Below are positions 24,635 through 55,458 of a stretch of DNA of 64,000 nt, piece by piece. The translations under genes were made by a program, and so were the position numbers. The stretch's first letter is position 1; each line of letters opens with the position of its first letter. The stretch is from Sphaerodactylus townsendi. Its lineage: Eukaryota. Location of the stretch: the NCBI RefSeq assembly GCF_021028975.2, contig NC_059436.1, forward strand, positions 27,466,001 to 27,530,000. Reading direction: 5' to 3'. A model generated the notes under the pieces. That model was not told the origin of the DNA. It searched no databases and saw only the letters and a program-made list of their open reading frames with translations.

Positions 24635-27600
24635 CTGCCAAAAAAAAAAAGAGGAAGAGGGCGGAGTTGAAGTTGACAGCCCCAAATGATCCCTCCTGCC
24701 CCCTTTCCCCATGAGATAGGCACTGGGTAACGACATCATCCAAGTGGTCAAATGCCATCTACTCCAAATGGAAGCAGCCTGTCAAAGAACCTGGCAAGTG
24801 GCAACTTATTCATTACGACATTGAGAGCTGAACTTGGGGATTTCTATTTGGCAGGCAGGCACTCTATCCCAGGGCTATGGCCTTCCACATGGACCTCCAG
24901 GCCAACGAGTTGAGGGTATCCTGGCACCGTGGCTACAATTAATCTTTCGCAGTCAAGCCAAAACATTATACCCCCCATCCTTCCCCCATCTCATTCCTCA
25001 CCAGGATGGTACGCTGTAGGCTGGAGTTCACTCTGCGGAACATGAGCCTGCCAACTAGATTAGCAATGGTAGGGAACACCAGAGCTCCACACAGCGTGCG
25101 CGAGATGGACAGGTGGTCATTCTGGTAGCGGGACTCAGCCAGTGGTGCCTGCACAATGGGACGACTGACTCCTGAATACAGAAGAGAAAAAGATCAGGGT
25201 GTTTTAGAACTAGAACTAGGACGCCTGTGCTTTGCCTCCCATACCCAAGGTGATCCAATACTTGCCCTTTCAGCTTTTCTGAGCTGGATTACTTCCATGC
25301 TCACTACACAGCTTGGAACACCTTAAGAGCCGAGCTCTCACTCCCACCAAAACATAGCAAGTCTGCTCCTTCTGAGAATTCTGAATTTCCACTCTTACAG
25401 GCAGAGGAAGCTAGAGAGGACCACAAGCGCGGCCACAGAAATGGGTGCTCTGGCTATCTCTCTCCATCCATTCTTTATCTCCACTGCTGTCCCTTAATTT
25501 TGCCATTGCTTCTCCCCTTCCCATGGAACATTAATCACTAAGGAAAGAGAAAAGTAGAGACAAACAGCAGAACTAGAAAGGAGGTGAGGGACTCCTCTTT
25601 CTTTGTTTATCTAACTGTGATTCCCTCCTGCTTTCTCTGCTTGTTCTTTGGAATTATCAACCAGCAGAGCTGGTTGCTCTCACAAGGAGAGCACAGCTTG
25701 CCGCCCAGCTCTAATTCTTTTTCTCCTTTCTTCTTGTTTGTTACAGGTGGGCAGGTGCATGATTCCATAAACGACCAGTAAAATTAGTGGTCACTAAATT
25801 CAGCCATTCTATGAATTCCACCTGTCATTAAAACAGAAGCACCTGTAAGATCCTAGCAGTTGCAGTTGCCAAGATGTGTGAGCTATGCCAGACAACACCT
25901 CAGCAGTCAAGCAGGTTACTGAACAAAGCCTTCCAGTCCTTGGAGGATTTCCTGCCGTCCTCCCACTGTATCAGCGGTGAATGAGCATCCAAGCTTCATC
26001 GTTCTTCCAACCCTCTGATTCAAAGCAAGATGCCCAGATCAGGATCTGCTGGCAGGTAGGTAGACTCACCTGGGACCAAAGCCTGCAGAGCCTGCAGTTT
26101 GCTGGAGTACTTCCGCCAGACCCGCAGCACGTAGTCTTCCCAACGGATCATCTTGCCCAGGACCAGCATGACAGGGATGGTGGGAAGTCCCATGAGCAAG
26201 AAAAGAGGGTCTGCCCTCTCCATCACATCCAACCCCTTTTTATGGCCAACAACCTATAAAAAGAAGAGAAGGTCAATAGAAGTGGCCAACTTCCACTTCT
26301 GTCAGTTAGGAGAATGACATTTCATTCATACTGTACAAACCTTAAGACTCTCAATACAGTTTTCAAGCACAGTCTAATTTCAAGTCAGGGAACAAGATTC
26401 TCTCCAAATTGCTTTACAGTCTCCCCCAAACAATGCATTATTAAGTGACATCATCACAGAGCATGGTGCTTCGTAGAATAGCACAAACAAGGCAGATCCT
26501 GAACCAAGCAGTGTAAAGGCCAAGTCCTCATCATGCTCCTTCTTCCAAGAGAAGAATTAAAGACAAGAGAGCAAGTCCTTGGCTGAGCTACAATTTAATT
26601 GCATCACCTAGATAGTATTTTATCAACATCTAAAGATCTAATGAGCAGTCTCAACTTGCTCCAATGATTTAAAGAGTCCCCAGACTCAGCAAGATTACCA
26701 TCAGCCTGAATATCCACTGCTCTTGTTAGGTTTGGCTTTCAGAAATTAACCCAGTGCAACTGGAAAAAGATACATTTTGATAAAAACAATCTCCTTTTTT
26801 TATTACTTGCAGATTGAAGCTTGCAACCCCTCTAAACTTTCTTCGCAAGGAATCAGATTAAGATCTTGCCAGTTAACACACAAGAGTATATGCACGTGCA
26901 CACATACATTCTTTCCAGAAACCCTCGCATTACCTGCATCACAGTAACTGCCCCATAGGTAACTGCTGACCAGTATAATGTTCCCACCACAATGCCAGCT
27001 GCAGCAAAGGGGCTCACTTTGGATAAAATCCGGTCCACTTGCTGCAAGAAATAGACCAAGGGTCCTAGGAGTGGGAAATAACAAATATTAGCGCAAGCTT
27101 CTAACTTTCCTGTAATGGTCCAAGATGAAAGTAGCTTTAAGCCACAGGTGTCAAACTCGTGGCCCTCCAGATGTTATGGACTACAGTTCCCATCATCCCC
27201 TGCCAGCATGAGCAATTGGCCATGCTGGCAGGGGATGATGGGAACTGTAGTCCATAACATCTGGAGGGCTGCGAGTTTGAGCAAACAAGGTTCTTTGACA
27301 GCTAAACAGTGCTTGAATTCTAGGTTAACTTGCAAACTCAGCAAGAAAAGAGTAGTGATATCCTAGCTACTGATACATACCCAGTTTGGGGAAGACGATG
27401 TGATATTCTGTGCCACATTGTGGGCAGCTCACTCTGCCTGTGCTGTTGCCTTTCTGCTTCTCATCCAGCCAGCGCTGGAGGCAGGCCTGGTGGATCCATT
27501 TGGTAGAGCCTTTGCAACGGCAAGGACAGACCCACTCAGCAGACCGGTCATCCCCCTCTGTAGCAAAACAGACCCAGCAGTGCCTGAGAAAAGAAGACCA

Positions 27601-29841
27601 GAGAAGGAGTGAACACAAACCATCAAAAGGAATCTGTCTATTCCAGGGTTCTGCAATCTGTGGCTCTCCAGATGTTCATGGACTACAATTCCCATCAGCC
27701 CCTGCCAGCATGGCGCTATTCTATTGGCTTATGGTGTTGCTAAGATTTATCACTGAGAAGGCTTCCCAAGTGAAGGGGGACATTTTTAAAGCATTCCTTC
27801 CACGTAGCTGAATAATGACAAAATAAAGACGTTGAGATGGACCATTAGGGACTCACTCTTGTCTGAGGCACGGAGACAGGCAGGCCATTGGAAGTGGGAG
27901 GCAGCAGAGTATCTCATGATATCAAAGGAGGAACTCAGGGAGGTAAGAAGACACTTGGAACAGGCTATGAATTTCCTCTGGTGCTTCTTACAGTGGTAAA
28001 GGTAAGCAGATCTCAGCCCTGACAGTATCTGAATAGGAGTCCCGAGTAAGCTTCCCAAAAGGCGCAGAACAAAGCATCATAAATAAATGAAATTGTCGTG
28101 TATAAATTAATTACTTTTAAACATTGGGAACACCTGCATGCACTGACACTTCTGTTGTGACAGCTGAAGGGAAATTCATACTTTCCCCGCTGATGGAACT
28201 TCTGTGTCCAAAGAAAAAGTCAGCATGCAATTGATCACAAAAAGACTCCCACAAGCCAACAATTGCTAATTACATATTTAGCATAATGCAGGAGCAGTAC
28301 ATAAGCATGAACAAGCTATTTAGCCCAGGTTGGCCACTAACATTGTTGTCAAGGCCAAGTCAGAAATTTTGTCAAGCCCAGGTAACTAAGCTGGGGATGC
28401 CCCCCTGCCCAATTACCGATCATGAACCTGAGTTCTAGCCCAGTTATTCATCTGCCACAAACGGCAACTCTGTATGCTTCAGGCTAGCCTAGGTATGTAA
28501 AAGTTCAGAATAACAGTAGTACCTATCCTGTCATCCAGGCAGTGATTGGGAGAACCCATATTTAGAGATAGCCTAAATGTTTCTGAAGATTTGATTTTTC
28601 AGAATCTATTTCTGTGATTAATCATCAAGTGACAGTGTATTCCACTGACAACTTCCATGTTTGTCTCTACATCTGAAACCCATTGATCAGACATTGCAAG
28701 TTTATACAATGGGAGAGAGGAGGGAGAATGATTTTGCCCTGAAATTTCTCCATACCAAAGATCAGTGTGTTCAGATGTCAAGAGGCAGCCAGATTTAAAA
28801 TAGAAGCTGCCGCCCCTTGAGGTCTGGTATCTTCCTCAGCATTTAGTCAGCCCTTATTTCATTTCAGGGTCCACTCTTGATTTTTAAATCCTACTACATC
28901 ACAATCTTGTTGGAGCCAATTAATTTCCTCTGGACTGTGTAAAGTATCAGTCCCAACCACATTTGTGAGCAAATATAGTAGAGATACTTAGTTTAGGTCT
29001 CACCTTCAACATAAACCCACTAAGTAGTTATCAGGCGAGCTACACTTTCAGCTATACCCCAGAACCTATATGCAATTGGAGGATAATTATATTGACCTAC
29101 CTTACAGGGTTACTACAATGATTAGTGAGATAATACACCTGAAGTACTTCAAACACACAAAAATTATTTCATAAAAGCCGTGTAAATCATTGTTCTGGAA
29201 CCCGGGTATTGCAGTTTGAGTTCCAGAACAGGCCGTGGAAATATGCCTGAGGCACAGGTGTAACAACGGCACACCCAGCATACCCAGATTATACTACACA
29301 CAATTTTCTAAGCGCCCAAATGTTTTGTACTCATGATCTCCACAATCTTTTCAACAGTGCTGTTAGATAGGTCAGTATTTCTTCCCATGTTGCAGATTGT
29401 GTAGGTGTGTGTGTGGGGGTGTGTAACACAGAGGCAGCAGGACCTGCTTGAAGTCACCTAGCAAACTTTTGGTGTAGGAAACATTAAAATGGGGGCTTCA
29501 GGGTCACCAGCTCGCTCTGGAAAGCTTTGTCATTAGACACCTGAGAGCAATAAATATGGACTTCTTCGAAGTACGACTCTTTCTTCACTGAAAGAACCCT
29601 TGCATGCCCCTTCCAAGGACGCGGGACGTCTTTAACACAAACAATCAAGGCGAAAATGAAACGGAGGCAGCCGTTTTTAGAAGAGTCCAAATAAGTTTCT
29701 AGCATGCATCATTTCCCAAGACACACACACATGTTTGCTCCTACAACCAACCAACCCCCCTTTTACTGATATGACATTTAATATGCAAACCAACACACTT
29801 TACCTCTCCCATGATTCTCCGGCTGCGCCTCCCTCTGCCAT
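24464..29841 (-). CDS. MARCHF5L: MARCH5-like RING-CH E3 ubiquitin ligase (march5l-type paralogue), 298 aa; join(29804-29841,27381-27583,26934-27064,26070-26253,25002-25171,24464-24634)
   Basis: Six GT-AG exons (38, 203, 131, 184, 170, 171 nt) keep frame. RING-CH CWVC..CRC..H..C..CPQC followed by MARCH5-type TM segments. Residues HCWVC, WIHQ, WLDEKQKGNS, YFLQQVDR and YWSAVTY differ from mammalian MARCHF5 and match fish march5l as recalled. Confidence 0.9.
25002..25171 (-). CDS. MARCHF5L: MARCH5-like exon 5
   Basis: gtattcag| ... |gtgagg; encodes DHLSISRTLCGALVFPTIA...LQRTIL. Confidence 0.92.
26070..26253 (-). CDS. MARCHF5L: MARCH5-like exon 4
   Basis: tttatag| ... |gtgagt; encodes VVGHK...ERADPLFLLMGLPTIPV...ALVP. 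Confidence 0.93.
26934..27064 (-). CDS. MARCHF5L: MARCH5-like exon 3
   Basis: ctcctag| ... |gtaatg; encodes GPLVYFLQQVDR...AVTVMQ. Confidence 0.93.
27143..27280. mobile_element. Palindromic MITE (right TIR truncated)
   Basis: Arms ccctccagatgttatggactacagttcccatcatcccctgccagcatg and its reverse complement. Confidence 0.8.
27381..27583 (-). CDS. MARCHF5L: MARCH5-like exon 2 (RING-CH domain)
   Basis: ttttctcag| ... |gtatgt; encodes HCWVCFATE...YHIVFPKL. Confidence 0.93.
27644..27712. mobile_element. Half copy of the palindromic MITE
   Basis: ctccagatgttcatggactacaattcccatcagcccctgccagcatgg. Confidence 0.65.
29804..29841 (-). CDS. MARCHF5L: MARCH5-like exon 1 (MAEGGAAGESWER)
   Basis: ATG in a CpG-rich region; donor AG|gtaaag; phase 2 fits exon 2. 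Confidence 0.78.
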
Positions 29842-30200
29842 AGGCGCTGCTGTTACTGCTACCGCTCGTATGGATCAGATCCTTCCCACGCAAGAATCAA
29901 CCCTAGAGCTCGGCGCAAAAGACGCGGGTTAACAGATGACAGCGGCGCCAGGACACCGTGCAGAGTCCATGGCTACACACGAACGCCTGTTTACAAACCC
30001 ACCGCCAGACTACCCGGACTCCGTTCGTTGCAACTGCTGGTCCAGGAAGGTCCCTTGACTTGCAAGATGCGCTGCGTTTAAGGCGCCCTCTCTGCTTCCG
30101 GGTCCTCTTAAAGGCACAGGCGAACTTTTTTGCCGAGGTGCTTACAAAAGTACTGTAAACAACTTCCTCTCGCCTAGGAGCTTCAGACACTCGTGCTTCC
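29810..30200 (-). promoter_or_regulatory. CpG-rich promoter/5'UTR of MARCH5-like
   Basis: Local CpG enrichment around exon 1; ETS-type CTTCCGG near 30095. Confidence 0.55.
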
Positions 30201-30749
30201 CTTTTGCTTTTAAACTGCTGCAAACGAAAAGGTAGAAACAGTTAATGCAAGGACAAACTTCGCCTGCTAGAATTCTGCCTGCCTTTTATTATCATTGTTT
30301 TGTGCCTTTTCTGTGCAGGGATCTCCCTACTGAGCCAGGGATCCGAGTTTCTCACAGGGATTACCAGTCGCTGTGCAGGAATTTCCTGATTTTCCACGTT
30401 GGCTGCAGAGAGACTGCTTCTTATTTCCCCTTTTTATTTTGCACTGTACTTAGTAGGAAACAAGGAACGTGAAAAGTTGTTTGAAAATCCTAAATGCAGG
30501 TGTATTAAGATAAGGTCATAGAATTACAGGGGTGTATCTTAGCCTGATCACACTATTAATCTCTTCACTGATGAGACTGCAGCTATGTTTTCCAATCATG
30601 CATCATCATCTCCTCTTTCAGAGATCTGATATCCCAGCTCCTTACTGAGAATACCAGTTTTTTCCTGGTTATGCACCTAGGAGCTGTTCAGAGTCTACCT
30701 AGACAGCATGTTGGGAGTTCAATGTCAGAAGCTGCCTGAATCGTTTTGA

Positions 30750-31155
30750 AAGAAGAGTCCTGTGAACTTTAAAGACTAACACATTTTATTCCAGCACAGA
30801 CATTTGGGGCATTAGAACCCTCTTCTGTGGGTAGGATTGCCTGCTATGGGTTGGGAAATACCTAGAGATTTGGAGGGCAGATCTTGGGGAGGGTGGGATT
30901 TGAGTGCGGAAGGACTTCAATGGAGTATAATGCTGTAGAGTCCAATCTTCAAAACAGTCATCTACTCTAGGGGAACTGGTCTTGACCATCTGGAGATCAA
31001 TTGCAACAGTTGGAAATCTCCAGGTGCTTCCTGGAGGTTGGCAACCTTATCTATGAGACTACTTACACCATCTCAGCTACTCATAGCAGCTGAAAAAGTA
31101 GGCTTCGATCCATAGAAGTTTATTCTGGGATAAAAATAAGTCACCACTGGACTTA
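30750..31155. mobile_element. Degenerate Penelope-like inverted termini with a nested MITE at 30832-31049
   Basis: agagtcctgtgaactttaaagactaacacattttattcc on the left and ctgaaaaagtaggc..ccactggactt on the right; insert bounded by taggattgcc / ggcaacctta. Confidence 0.5.
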
Positions 31156-34007
31156 TTTTAATTTTTAATTTTTAAAAAGATCGTTATAGCAGGAACACAA
31201 AATTATTATAATTAAAGAATGTAATGAGCAATGACTTTGGCTGCAAAATGAAAAAAAAAGAGAAGTGCTTGGCACTTCTTTCAAACAAGAATGGATAATT
31301 GAGGAATAGCCCTCTGCAGAAGCACACAAAGTAACCATAGGGAATGAAGCATAAGGAAAAGAAGAAAAATGAGTGGGTCAGTGCTCCAGAGAAACACTGA
31401 AGAAGCTAGTGTTGTAACTGTGTTTTAAATTTTAAGAGATCAGATCTGGAGAACAAATAAGAACGAATAACAGGAAAAACACTAATATCCAAAGCTACTC
31501 AATTCCAGTATCTAGTCTCTTTATTAACAGCCCAATCCAGAGGACGGAACCAAATGGCATCTTGGAGGCAGTGGGAACCCATGCCAGTGAGTTTGCCCAC
31601 CCCACTGGCAAAAAAGGCAGCTAAATTGGCAGAGACATCAAACATGGTGGCAGGTGGTACTGCACAGTTTTGAGGCACTCAAACCCAGAAGGGTCCTCTA
31701 CTGAAACTGGTGGGGTAGAGGCATTCCTAGGGGGGGAGCCAACTTTAGTCAGCTGCCATTAGGGTTTGAACCCAAGAACCCCACCCCCCCTGACTACAGA
31801 CTTGTGCCACTGGAAAGTGTGGCATAAGTCCTTTTCTCCAATGGGGCTTCTTCGGGTGGCAGGTTTTTTTTTTCAGTTTTGCCTCCTTTCTGTGCTGTGC
31901 CCTTTGGCTCTCCCCATTGGGTTGTTAATCTGAATGAATAAATAATAGCAATTCTAGATTAAGTGGCTAGCATGGAAGTACTCTGTTGTAGCTTTCCAGT
32001 TTGTTTGTTTTTTGCCACAGTTCTTCAATGTGTATTATCCTGAACCAAAACAGAAATGTAGATTGACACTGAGAGAAACTATAGTTCCCCTACATTCACT
32101 ATTATTATCAATGTAAACTGAGATATAATATAAATTTTGACAATGTGGGAGTGAAGAACGGGATGTTGATAAGCCCTGGCAAAAAAAAGAAGCAACTATA
32201 GACTATTTAGCTCCCTTCCACACTCTCTGAGTAAAGTCTGCACACATCTTCCAGTTATACTGGGCCCACTTCCTATGTGCATACTGTGAGAAAATGAAAT
32301 TTTATTTCATAAACACACCATATTTGGAAATTTATCTGTTGTTGCTGAATATCTGAATTGGACAGCCATATAAATTGGCTTAAATACTCCTTAATTTGTC
32401 AGGTTTTCTGTCCCACCAACCTGTTTCAATACCAGGATTCATAATACAAGGGTCCCAGAAAATGTAAAATAGTATAACTAGTCACACATCTGGAATTCAT
32501 TGGGCTGGAAAATTGGGCTGAGAGATTCACCAAAGGTCATCCGATAAACTGTGTGGCTGGCAGAGCAGGAATTTGAGAGTGTGTTCCTAACATCTACATC
32601 TGTACTCCAGACATTGCATAATTTTGTGTATCTGAGTTGCTGTGAATCAAGTTTTAGTCCCATTTAAGTAAGATAAAGTGGCTTAAATTGAAATACTTGG
32701 GTAGATGAATTGCAGACTATTTGCAAATATTACATTCTTTTAAAAACAGAATGGCAAAGGTTTTGTGTCCCATCCTCCAAAGTCCACAAGAGAGGGAAAA
32801 CATTCTAATCTTGTCTCAATATACACTCCCAATAATCAAACAAAGGTAATTTTAATGCTTCCCTTTTCATTCCTATACAGTACATATTTCATTTGACTGG
32901 GGCTGGTATGTACATTCTGATTGCAAAGTTAAAAGGTCACAATAAATTGCAAGCTAAATACATACTGAAATCACTATAACCAGTGTGTTATAGCAGACAG
33001 TGTTGAACTTGGACCTGGGTTCAAATCCTTGCTCAGCATAACATACCCCACAAGGTTGCTGTGAAGGTAAAATGAGGTAGAACCATTTAAGCTGCCCTGA
33101 ACACCTTATAGTGGAATACAAAAAGGATAACTGGATTAGAGAAGACATTGGAGGGAAGAGGAATAAACCCTCCAGCATTACTCATAAATCCTCAGCCCTC
33201 ATCTTAGACTTCAACTAAGCCCAAGGTGGTGCAATTATATGCATCAGTGTATATTCTTGCCCTGTTAACCTTGCCTCTGAATCTCCCTCTCCATTTCAAT
33301 TTACATTGTAAACTCCTTGGACCGTGTTCTCTTTTATGCCCATGCTGTCCTGGCCAGTGGGGTGGGATGGCAGCTAAAAGTTTGTTATATTAGCTTTTGT
33401 ACAGTTTCTGTGGCTTCCAGTTTATTTCCAGCTCCAAGATGGACTTAGAGTTTACATATAGGAACTTGAGCTCACAGTTACAGCAGTTAAAAGGAGATTC
33501 CCCCTCACCCCCCATGATAATTTAAACAGGACATTACACGCTCCTAGAAGTGCAGGAAGGCTGTTCTGTTCTCTAGGGCTTTTTATGGCGTGCAAGTTGC
33601 AAGCATTTTCTTAAGTTGCCTGGGTACTGTGCATGTTTTAAAATTTGGAATTGCATGGTGTCATGAGCCGCAAAGTAAAGGCGGGGGAATAAATATTTAA
33701 TTTAAAAAGAGAGATTTGAATTTTTGAACACTCTACCTTGAGCAACACAGCATCTCAGGTAGGGAGGGCAGGAAGGATTTTGAAGAACTACCGGTACCAC
33801 TTTGAGTGGGGCAGCAGCCATCTAATATTACACCAGAAATGTTCTTGCCCTATGAAGAAGCTCACTGAGTTAAATGAAAACTGCAGTCTCAAACAAACAC
33901 AAGTTTTAACCGGCGCATCAGTGTAGGCAACCAGCCTCTCCCAAGCTACTGCAGCTATTGAAGCCCCCAGGTAAGCATTTTAAAGGGCAGAAAGACCGCT
34001 TCACTTT

Positions 34008-34129
34008 GGCCCCTTCTTTACATGCAGAATAATGCACTTTCAATGCACTGTGCAGAATAGCAAAATCCACTTGCAAACAATTGTGAAAGTGGACTGAAAG
34101 TGCATTATTCTGCATGTGCGAAAGGGGCC
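34008..34129. mobile_element. Harbinger-type palindromic MITE just upstream of the ACTR1B CpG island
   Basis: ggccccttc..catgcagaataatgcactttca / tgaaagtgcattattctgcatg..ggggcc; sister copy at 36944. Confidence 0.75.
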
Positions 34130-34616
34130 CCAGACTAAATTATCATTCAAGCTAACAGCCCGGCGTACCCATCTCCCATCATACCGGACTGGACTCAAAG
34201 CGAGGCCTCTGCACCTTTAAGAGCCGAGCTATGACATCACCCCGTTTCCTCCTCGACCTCGGTGTTCGCACCACTAACCTTGATTCGGAAGACCCACCTC
34301 CAAGAGCCCTGCGGACCAATAAGCGACAGCTGTCAAACCGGGAGCCGCGCCCCTGGCTAGGCGCTCCCGGCCTGAAGCCGGCTGTCACTCAGAAGGCTAG
34401 GCGCGATGCGATTGGTTGAGCGCCGAAGAGCCTGCCTTGGCTCTGCCCTTCTCCGTGGCGAAGGAAAAGGGCAGGCTAGGTTGCGCGGGGTTGGGTGGTG
34501 GTTGCCGGGCCGCAGGGAAGCCATCGCGGCGGCAGTGCGGCGTCCAGAAGGAGGGGGCGGCTGTTGGCAGCTGCGCGACTTCGGCCCGGCCAGGCTCAGC
34601 GGGGGCGGCCCCGGCC

Positions 34617-52710
<18,094 letters not shown>

Positions 52711-55324
52711 GGTGGGGGTGGGGCGGCGGCAGCAAAGCACTTGGGCGACTCATCCTGATTGTGTCTTTTCTCTCTTAACCCTTTCCTGTCCAGGGCTATT
52801 CCCTCCTTGTTGGTCGGGGCCAATCCCTGCCTTCCTCCTGGGCCTCATGCTTACCTGTCTTAGTGCCCTGTCCAATGCATGTCGCTAGCATGTGCCCCTT
52901 GGGTGGGAGGCACAGCTGTATTTTTGAGGCCTTGGTTGTGGTGGAGAATGGCAGTGGCCCCAGCCAGGAAAGGAACTCAAAGCTCCATTCCTTTTCCTGG
53001 TCTGTCCCGTAGGAATAGCACCATGGGATCTGTAATGCTGGTGCTCTTTGTACCAGTGGTAGGAAGAGCAGAGGTAAGACAGAGGTTTGCATGGTCTTCA
53101 GTTTGATGGAGAACTCTTGGAAAGCTGCAACTGGTAAAGAAGAATACTGAATGGATAAACGTGGCTGCCTGTGGCAGCTGCATTGACCACTTAAGCCGTA
53201 GCATGGGAATTGCCCTAAACCCAGCATATATATCTCTCTCTGCCTGTTGAATCTGAAAATATCCTTTCTTATGAGGCTGACAGCTGTCCACGCTGAGCAT
53301 TCTTCAGTTGGCCTGCAAGTAGGATCTGACTTCCGGCCATTTGAGTGCTGTTAGTGCCAAGGTTCTCAATGGCAGCTGAAGAACTACATTAGCATAAGCC
53401 CCCGCCTCTCCCCTCCATCTTTAGAGGCTCCTGTCTGTCATAGAAAATCATGGAATCATTTAGTTTCTAGAAGGACATCAAGGGGATAATCATCATGAAA
53501 GAGAAGGGACTGGTACCATGGTGGACCCTGTACTTAAACAAAGCGTCACTAGGGGTACAGGGCAAAAGTGTTCTTTTCTGTCCACCGGTCTAGCCACAAA
53601 GGGCCCTCATGCTGTTTACATTTCATTAGCTGATCTAGGCCTGTGACATTTCAGAGGGGGAGTTCTCTGGTGGACAGGTAAACTCTGCGTAGCTGCCAAA
53701 CTGGCTGCTGGGCCTAGCCAAACATTTCCGATGCATTGCCTTTGTTTCCCTCACGCCCCGAGAGTTAAGGAGCATTACTACTGAGACATATCTGTGTTGG
53801 GGTAAAAGAGAGAAGGCAACTGTGGTGATTCCCCCCTTCCCACCCACATCCACACACCTTTTTGCCTTTCTCTGAGAACGGTTTCTCGGACCAACGGCAC
53901 TTATTTGGTTAATGTGAGGCTGGTTGTGATGGTGGCAGTCTTGCTTACTAGGGACTGAACACCAAGGACACTCTGCCACGCCACCACTGCTTCATCTTTT
54001 TAGGCACTTCGTTTGCAAAGCTGGCCGGTGGGGGTGGGGGTCCTGTGGCAAACGAGCTTGTGTGACTGACCAGGGGCAGATAAAGTGGCAGGGGAAGTTC
54101 AGCTCCTGTTGCCCACATAACATTAGATCCAAACTGGCAACTCCCCCCTCCCTTCCACTTGAAAAGTGAAGAAGGCATATATAAACAACCCCATCGCTAT
54201 CACTGTGGCAGTTCACTTGGATCCTGGTTTAAGGAAGAAAGTTTCCCTTTCTGCTGTTGGGAGCAACCGAGATGCTTTCTCTGTTCCTGTCAAAGCTTGC
54301 CCCATATCAGTAATTTCCTCCCAGGCCGTTTGGGTGGTGCCTTCTTGGTCAGTGACGACCATGGCCATTGGCCCCAAGAGGCAGATTTCTCCTAATATTT
54401 TTAAAAAATACATCCTAGGCCCTGCTGGACAACTGGAGAATTAGGTAAGGGTTAGGGTTGCAATACAGTGTAGGGGTTCCATGATAGCCAAAGCAGACAG
54501 CCGGGGAGAGGATGAGAAGCTACCTGCCTTCTGACTTTAGGTGCATTATGGCAATGCTATTTAGCCTTGGACTGGAAAGGGTTAATTTTTTTAAAAAAAG
54601 AATGGAACACATTAATTTAAAAGAACCCCCTGCTAACGGGTGAGACTGTATCCCTTAAGGGGCAGTGGCTCTTGCTCCTCCAAGCGTGTGTGTATATTGG
54701 CTTCTTCATGTTACCTTATCCACCACCTAGATCAATCTATACCAAATGGAGGCAAGTGCAGGCACCCAGCACCCACCCCTCCACCTCTCCGGACTGCAAA
54801 TGTACAATAATTTAACACAGTTGCCTGTATTTTTATTTTGTAAATTCATTATAGTAACTATAAATTAACAAACAGAAGCTTCGTATTTGTTATCTGTACA
54901 GCAACTAGCGATAGAGGAAGCACAGTTCAGTTGGGTCCTGCCTAACATTGTATGAATTGACTCAGTAATACATGTATTATAAGCATGATGTGTGTGATGT
55001 TCAAAAGAAGGTAGAGATAAAGGGACATGCAGCCATGGACGAGAAAAGCCTGGCTTTTGAATACGGGAGACCGTGACTAATTGTGTTGCCTTTGTTTTGT
55101 TCCTTATTTCCCGCTGTTCGTAAGTTCTTCAGCAGTAGTTTGTGGGTCCGAAAGGCTAAGCAAGCTTAAGACAAACACTGCCCAAGCTTTCGTGGTATCT
55201 GATCTAGAAGGATGGGGGACGGAACTGCAGTTTTCATACCTGGCAGCAGCAATGCAGACAGGAGAACTACTGTAGCATTTAGGAAGAACTTTTAACCTTC
55301 GTGCTGCTATCAGGTTCAAGTTAA

Positions 55325-55458
55325 GTGGATTCCACACAGCAGATTTAGAACGAGTTGCAATCGTTACAAATGAATTTGTTTCCCGTTAATAAAAAGGGGG
55401 AAACGAGTTCATTTCTAACGATTTCAACTTGTTAGAAATATGCTGTGCGGAATGAGCC
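55325..55458. mobile_element. Palindromic Harbinger-like MITE
   Basis: attccacacagca..gaatttgtttccc pairs with gggaaacgagttc..tgctgtgcggaat. Confidence 0.65.
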
